In this document: one piece after another, positions 58,301 to 64,000 of the stretch
Layout of the letters: the number at the start of each line of letters is the position of its first letter
How positions within the stretch are numbered: the stretch's first letter is position 1
Origin: Klebsormidium nitens
Taxonomy: Eukaryota; Plantae; Klebsormidiophyceae
Direction of reading: 5' to 3'
Assembly (NCBI GenBank): GCA_000708835.1
Contig: DF237007.1
Span: forward strand, 1 to 64,000
DNA: 64,000 bases
Position numbers and translations under genes: made by a program
The notes under the pieces: model-generated
Databases searched by the model: none
Seen by the model: the letters and a program-made list of their open reading frames with translations, nothing else
What the model was told of the DNA's origin: nothing

Positions 58301-58910
58301 GCCTGCCCCTCATTGAACAAACCCAGGAAGTTATCAGCTGAACGATCCAGCAGCTCCTGCTCAAGGTCTTCTGCCAGATCAGTCAACGACCTCTCAGCCG
58401 CCCTGCTCGTAACAACGTATGCCAGCGCTGCTAGTCCTGACAACAGGGATGCGAATACAATCTGCACAAGATGACAGAGTCCCGTCCTCAGCTATCAATC
58501 GTCTTCCGGATAGCAGCCTGCTTCAGTCTGCAGATTTCAGACGTGTTGATGCATGTGTGATCAGGCCATCAAGCCGTTTACCTACGAACAGAGCCAAGTC
58601 TGATAAGAAGCACCAGACTTGGTCATCTTCCTGCATTTCAACATTCTAGTTGTATTAGACCAACGCCTGCTGATATTTACTTGATTGGGAGGAGTGAAGC
58701 AAGTTCCCAAGCAGACTGGCTCACCATCATCAGCAGGCGAAGGATCAGGACGCCATATTGCCTTGGCGCCGCACTGTTCATAACCCCTTCTTTGGACGCA
58801 GTACTCTGATTCATAGCATTCTTCCGCAGCTGCATTTCGTCGATGGCCTTGCTGGCACTAATTGTGTCCATTCTATAGACTTGATGTTCTGGGTGCCAAC
58901 CACTGGTCAT
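52386..58910 (-). CDS. Membrane-bound hybrid histidine kinase, AHK1/CKI1-like (two TM segments, extracellular Cache-like sensor, HisKA, HATPase, pseudo-receiver, receiver)
   Basis: TM2 followed by KEMQLKAQLIANLAAKRRAE; H-box FLASMSHDLRNP (His ~56157); LLDLSKIEAGKLVL; N-box RQIFSNLLSNSIKFT; G2 GGTGLGLGIV; receiver LLVEDN...ILMDCQMP...ALTAN...LTKP. These closely parallel AHK1. The start codon is uncertain, with a gap upstream. Confidence 0.9.
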
Positions 58911-59257
58911 GGTGAGCCTTTTTGGATCATTGTCACGGGCGTTTCAAGCCAATAGCTGTGCGCTGGACACCAGATTGTAGGTGCTATTGCCAGACGCATA
59001 ATTCAGTGGCTTCTTCAAATATAAACTCGTGACAGCATGCAGGTTTTTCATTGGCCGCCCGGAGGCTGGAATTCATAAGGGGGTACCTGATGTAGTTGCT
59101 TCCCCTAGATTCTCCGAGTCTGCCACCAGGAAACGTATACTGACGAAAGAATGTCAGACACTAGGCGCGGCGGGGGCGCGGCAGGCAACCTTTATTTAGA
59201 GGCCTGCTTGAAGATTCTCCTCAACTAGTCGGGCCCAGCCCAGAACTGATGCAAGGA

Positions 59258-59611
59258 NNNNNNNNNNNNNNNNNNNNNNNNNNNNNNNNNNNNNNNNNNN
59301 NNNNNNNNNNNNNNNNNNNNNNNNNNNNNNNNNNNNNNNNNNNNNNNNNNNNNNNNNNNNNNNNNNNNNNNNNNNNNNNNNNNNNNNNNNNNNNNNNNNN
59401 NNNNNNNNNNNNNNNNNNNNNNNNNNNNNNNNNNNNNNNNNNNNNNNNNNNNNNNNNNNNNNNNNNNNNNNNNNNNNNNNNNNNNNNNNNNNNNNNNNNN
59501 NNNNNNNNNNNNNNNNNNNNNNNNNNNNNNNNNNNNNNNNNNNNNNNNNNNNNNNNNNNNNNNNNNNNNNNNNNNNNNNNNNNNNNNNNNNNNNNNNNNN
59601 NNNNNNNNNNN
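59258..59611. other. Assembly gap (354 N)
   Basis: Run of N; a single additional N occurs at 49805. Confidence 1.
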
Positions 59612-61503
59612 TCCTGGCATTTCAAATCAGGTGCAAAATGCTGAGCATTGCCTTCAGCCTTAATGTGTAATCTTATGTCACTCAGCCTTGCAGTGATCTG
59701 GACTGTAGATTATCAAGTTTGACCCTGAATCTCGATTTGAAACAATCCACTTGCTGTCGTGTCACAAGCTGTAGCACGTCACGACTACAGCTTGCCGTGT
59801 TTGAGAGTCCTGTTGTCAGAGGTAGTTGTGCCGTCTAGCTTGTATGCTTCAGGGACGTTCAGTGTCGATTGTATTGTTGAGGAGATTGCAGAACAAAGAC
59901 AGCAATATGCAGACTGGCGCATGACCAAGCGACTGCTCAACCTCATAGCTCCCTGCACGACTCGCACTGCGGCAGCAATCATGCAAGTACGACGATCAGT
60001 CTCCAGAGTCTAAGACTCAGAGCTTGATCAGAATCTGGCGAATCTGCGCAATCTGATCCTGCATTTAGATTTTGAATACAATTGCAGACAATCTGACCCC
60101 AACCTGACCAACCTGGAGGCCTCCCGGCCGCGGCATATTGATGAGTTGTGAGGCGGCCTGCATATAAGCGCTCGTATACGGTACTCATTCCCAATGTCAT
60201 AGACGTAGGAAAAGAGGTTGCTCTGCTGTTTATATACCGGTATGGTTGCAAACGACAGTAGACCTACCTATACGTTATAATATCGTATGCTAGCATGCAT
60301 TTTTAGACATGCATGTCCTATCAGTGTTCAATTTAACAGGTATCTAACAGTTAGTGTGGTTTCAACTTCCAACTGTCATTGCAAATTATTGCGCGCGCAG
60401 CACTTACTCCATATTCTAGAACTAGATTAGGAAGCTAGTCGTGACTCGCCCAGATGGTTACGATTTACCACTAACTTATCCAAATGATTCTGATCGTCCG
60501 ATGATACCGGGCCTCACATCGACCGCCATGATTGCTCAGACTCAAAACAAGATCCGGTTAATTCTGCATGCTGAGACGGTGCCACTGAGAGTCCGGGTGT
60601 GCACCACCACCGTGGCCGGGCACGCCCGCCGCCGCGGGCAGAGAGGAACGTTTGCTAGTTAGTAGCCGCTTCCATAATGTTGTCCGACGTGTTCTCCCTT
60701 GTTTAATTCCTAATTTTCCATATGTTCAGGGTATCACCGGATCATCATCGTACGGCGGACCATGTATAAGAAGAATCGGCCAATCAATGAACGTGTTTAC
60801 CATACTTCGCAGTCTAACATCATTGGGTTGGCAAACAAGTCAATCTGTTCAAATGCCTCTCAGCTTGATCAACTTGTCAAGTCGACCTCACAACATACAT
60901 GACTCACACTTTAACCGTCTATGCACACCAAGAGCACTACTATATTAACACAAGTCAGCACCTCCTAGGCAACTCTCTTGGTCGTAGGCAAATAATAGTA
61001 TTATAGAGCGAGTTGTGACGTTTGTTTCCAGATTGCCTTAGCACGCTGCAACCACGTCACGATTAGGGATTGGGAGGGACACTAAAGCACCTGGCGCAGA
61101 TTTTTGACCGGGACTACACAGCTGATGGAAGCAAGGTCCGCATGGCCCTCAAAGAGGCTGCCACAAGTAAGGCTATGGTCCTGATGCACCTTACCATCCA
61201 ATGAAACCATCAAGTGTTGGACCCCGTACCAATCACATCATCCCACAGATACTTGAGCTACAGCAAAATGTCTCCACTTTAAGTTGTGAAAAATCAGAGA
61301 CCGCTTCTCGGACCCAATAGCAATGGACTTCGAGCACTAACCTGAAAGAAGCCTTATTGTACATGGTCTGCAGTTTAGCAGATCCAAAACATCAGGATCA
61401 GAAACATTGAAAAGTCCAACCCGATTACGAACCTTGATTCTTTCTTAGTATCAACATCCTTCAAAGTCACATCTCCAAATCTGCTTTGCATAACCTTCGT
61501 TCG

Positions 61504-63549
61504 CTATGACGCTGCCACGATGATCTTGCCCACTTTCTTGTACTTGAAGTCGAACTTCTGCGGAAAGCGGGGAAACAAGACATCTTTAGGCACTCCTTGG
61601 ACCGATTACGAAGGTTTTTCTTGCTCACAATTCACGATTGTTTCCAGGTTGATTCCAATCTTAAGTGTTGACTCACAGATTCAGCGAGTCCGGAACGTCT
61701 GTCACTTAGCATAGCAGGTGTTGTGAACATGAACAGATGCCGTCGCGTTATGTCTGAAGGAGCTAATCAAGTCCGCACAGGTTCCTGATAGTCGAAAGTC
61801 CAAAATAGGGTACTCCTTATCTTGTGGTCATCTCGACAGTGAGATGGGTTCAGTGAAAGGGAATCACACTTTATACCAGGGGCTAACACGTACCAAAAGC
61901 CACAAGGATGAGTAAGCAGACCTGTCACGTGCTCCTTGTTAGGAAGAAAACAACACTGATGCATATCATCTTACTGACAGACCGTTTCGAAACCTCAAAC
62001 GGAACAAGCTGGAACACCGAGTCTGGGATGATCAATATAAGACAAGTGCGAGGTAGGCAGGGAAGGAGCTGAAGCAGAAGCAATATGCGCAGAAAATGCT
62101 TGCTGACCCGAAAATCTCTACCTTATGTCAATCAGCAACACGATTGCAAAAAGTTGTCGGGCAAGAAGTCTTATGCCCAAAAAGCCATTCATCGTTTTCT
62201 GATCACAACAACAGCGCAATGCGCCGCCCCTCTGTCAGGGAAAGGCTGCAAAGGAGCCCAGCCTTGCAGAGACTCCTCCAACACCAACGAAGCTCGGGGC
62301 AGAATCTACCATCGTTTCAATAAGCCACATGTCATTCTTGCTTCCGCAAAAAGGGACTTCTGTTGAAACAAACTGAGTGCCACAATTGACGCTCACCGCT
62401 TCCCAGTCGTTTAGAACGTCTATCTCCGCCAGGGTGAGCCCCTCGAGGTCCCCGTTAATGTCTTCCGGCTTGAATGACATCTTTGCGAGGGCGCGGCTGG
62501 CGTCCCTGCAGGGGGGGGGGGAGATTGCTCTATTTTTAGCACAGAACTGAGATGTCTTAGTAGTGAAAGGTGTGGCGTTTGACTGTAAGTGGCTGACCAA
62601 TCGCTGCCATCAAGGGCGGAGACAGCGGCCGCCCAAGATCTGTCAGTTTCTATCGCTGGGAGCTTGAGGGAGTGTTACATATGAAAGTTGAAATCTGAGG
62701 GCTTCCTCCTCTTTTGATTCGCATTTGGGGAATCTGCTGATTGTTGTTGGCGGCAGATCAAAGCGAGATCTTTGCTTGACTGGATCAGAATGGACACTGA
62801 AAATCATCTGTAGTGGCTACTGAACCTGGGGGGATTGCATATTGCAGCAGAGCAATTGCGATGTTTGACTTGGTAAAATCTACCTGATACAAGTCCACAC
62901 CAAATGGAGCACAAGTCACACAATAATCCCAGATTACACCCTCTTTAGGTGAGAAAGAGTTGCAGAGTTTTTGAGGAGCACAAGGTGGTCAAGGGTAAAC
63001 CCTTGAACTGCTAAGTTCTGCAATGTACATCCTCAGATACAAGCCTTTATCAAAATCAATTGCTCACAGAAACGTCTTCCTTAGTGCCCCAGCACGGCAG
63101 GCAAGCAAAACCACGGCATTCTCAAGTTGCAGCAGAGAGTCCGGCTTCTGTCAATGATTGCTTTCGTGCTGGCACCTCGACTTTGATCTTATATGACAAT
63201 GCAGCAATTGGCTAGCTCACCGTCCAGCAAACGCACAGTACGGACCGTCGGGTGGCCCGTAGAAATCCTTGCCCTTGGTTACATCATAGATATTGCCCTT
63301 GATCGCCATCATGAGCGGCTTGGTGGGGTCCCTCCCATCATACTGCTCCAGCTCAAATGCTGTGATCTCCCCCACCTCAATTGACTCTATCACCGGTTCC
63401 GGTTCTTTCTCAGCCATGGCCTGTCTGCGCCCCCCGGGCTTTCGGATGAAGCGGAAGTAGACTGAGAGAAGCAGGAGCGCAACTGCGATGAAGGTACCAA
63501 GCGGGGACTCGAGGACTCCTTTGGATTTCGGGGCCTCCAGCTCGGCCAT
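61504..63549 (-). CDS. Membrane steroid-binding protein / MAPR family (cytochrome b5-like heme/steroid-binding domain), 3 exons
   Basis: N-terminal TM anchor, then GEITAFELEQYDGRDPTKPLMMAIKGNIYDVTKGKDFYGPPDGPYCAFAGRDASRALAKMSF...DWEAKFDFKYKKVG. Exons 63549-~63219, ~62505-62399, ~61557-61504. Confidence 0.92.
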
Positions 63550-64000
63550 TCGAGGGTTCTTTGGAAAGCTTTGAAGCCGCCTGTAGATGTAGAAGATTGC
63601 CCCTGACTTCTTCCAAGAGTTTGTCAACAGGCAGAAGCGACACACACACACACGCGCGACAGGCTCATGCTGCCGCACGAGACTCGAACCATTCGGACAG
63701 TGCGGACGGCCGCTGAAGCCGGTGCGGTAGGTCGAGTCCTAAACGTCTTCAACCATCCGGAGCCATTGGCTTGATGTGCATTGAAATTTTTGGAAGCGAA
63801 CGGTGTCCGCAAGTGTCCAAACAATGGCCAAGGCGGGCCCAAAACCCGGCGCAAGCCTGCATGGCCGCTTCAAGTTCTAGTGCGGCAAGCCCGGCCGCGG
63901 CGCCGATCGAGCCGCGCGCGCCGCGCGCATTCAACGTAAACCGTGACCAATGTCAAAGAACGCACTCAGCTGGAAGAATCAATCGCCATGGCAGGCGCTC

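Noticed and set aside
59221-59644. Poly-X ORFs
   Set aside because: Artefacts of the N gap
60448-60457. GCCCAGATGG matching part of the 11.9-kb MITE TIR
   Set aside because: 10-bp match with no partner inverted repeat nearby
1196-63549. Introner-like family of repeated introns
   Set aside because: Introns of different genes show no shared sequence by eye; the duplications are strictly local

Overview
Intron-rich eukaryotic nuclear DNA. The mix of flagellar genes, land-plant-type genes (AHK1-like kinase, DUF3339, mTERF, MSBP), GC-rich exons and 0.3-1.2 kb GT-AG introns suggests a streptophyte green alga such as Klebsormidium; this assignment is inference, not a database result. I reconstructed ten spliced protein-coding genes by hand: tandem-DUF3339 membrane protein (-), RIIa+EF-hand RSP7-like radial-spoke protein (-), DUF4336 protein (-), conserved algal plastid protein with probable NTF2/SnoaL-like fold (+), GAS8/DRC4 (-), TMEM218-like protein (+), C3HC zinc-finger NIPA/Rsm1-like protein (-), mTERF protein (+), AHK1/CKI1-like hybrid histidine kinase (-) and MSBP/cytochrome-b5-like protein (-). 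There are also two non-autonomous TIR elements and one assembly gap. The most striking unexplained structure is a set of about 15 decayed local copies ('echoes') of exon-intron junctions lying 80-340 bp into the adjacent intron in five genes. Some have lost the GT/AG, and others retain it and would give in-frame or stop-containing isoforms. Other notable points are a D-to-H change at the invariant G1-box Asp of the histidine kinase, a doubled mTERF C-terminal module, a two-domain DUF3339, and head-to-head gene pairs matched by function (ciliary pair, plastid pair). No tRNA, rRNA or CRISPR array was recognised. Family assignments come from remembered motifs; no searches were run.
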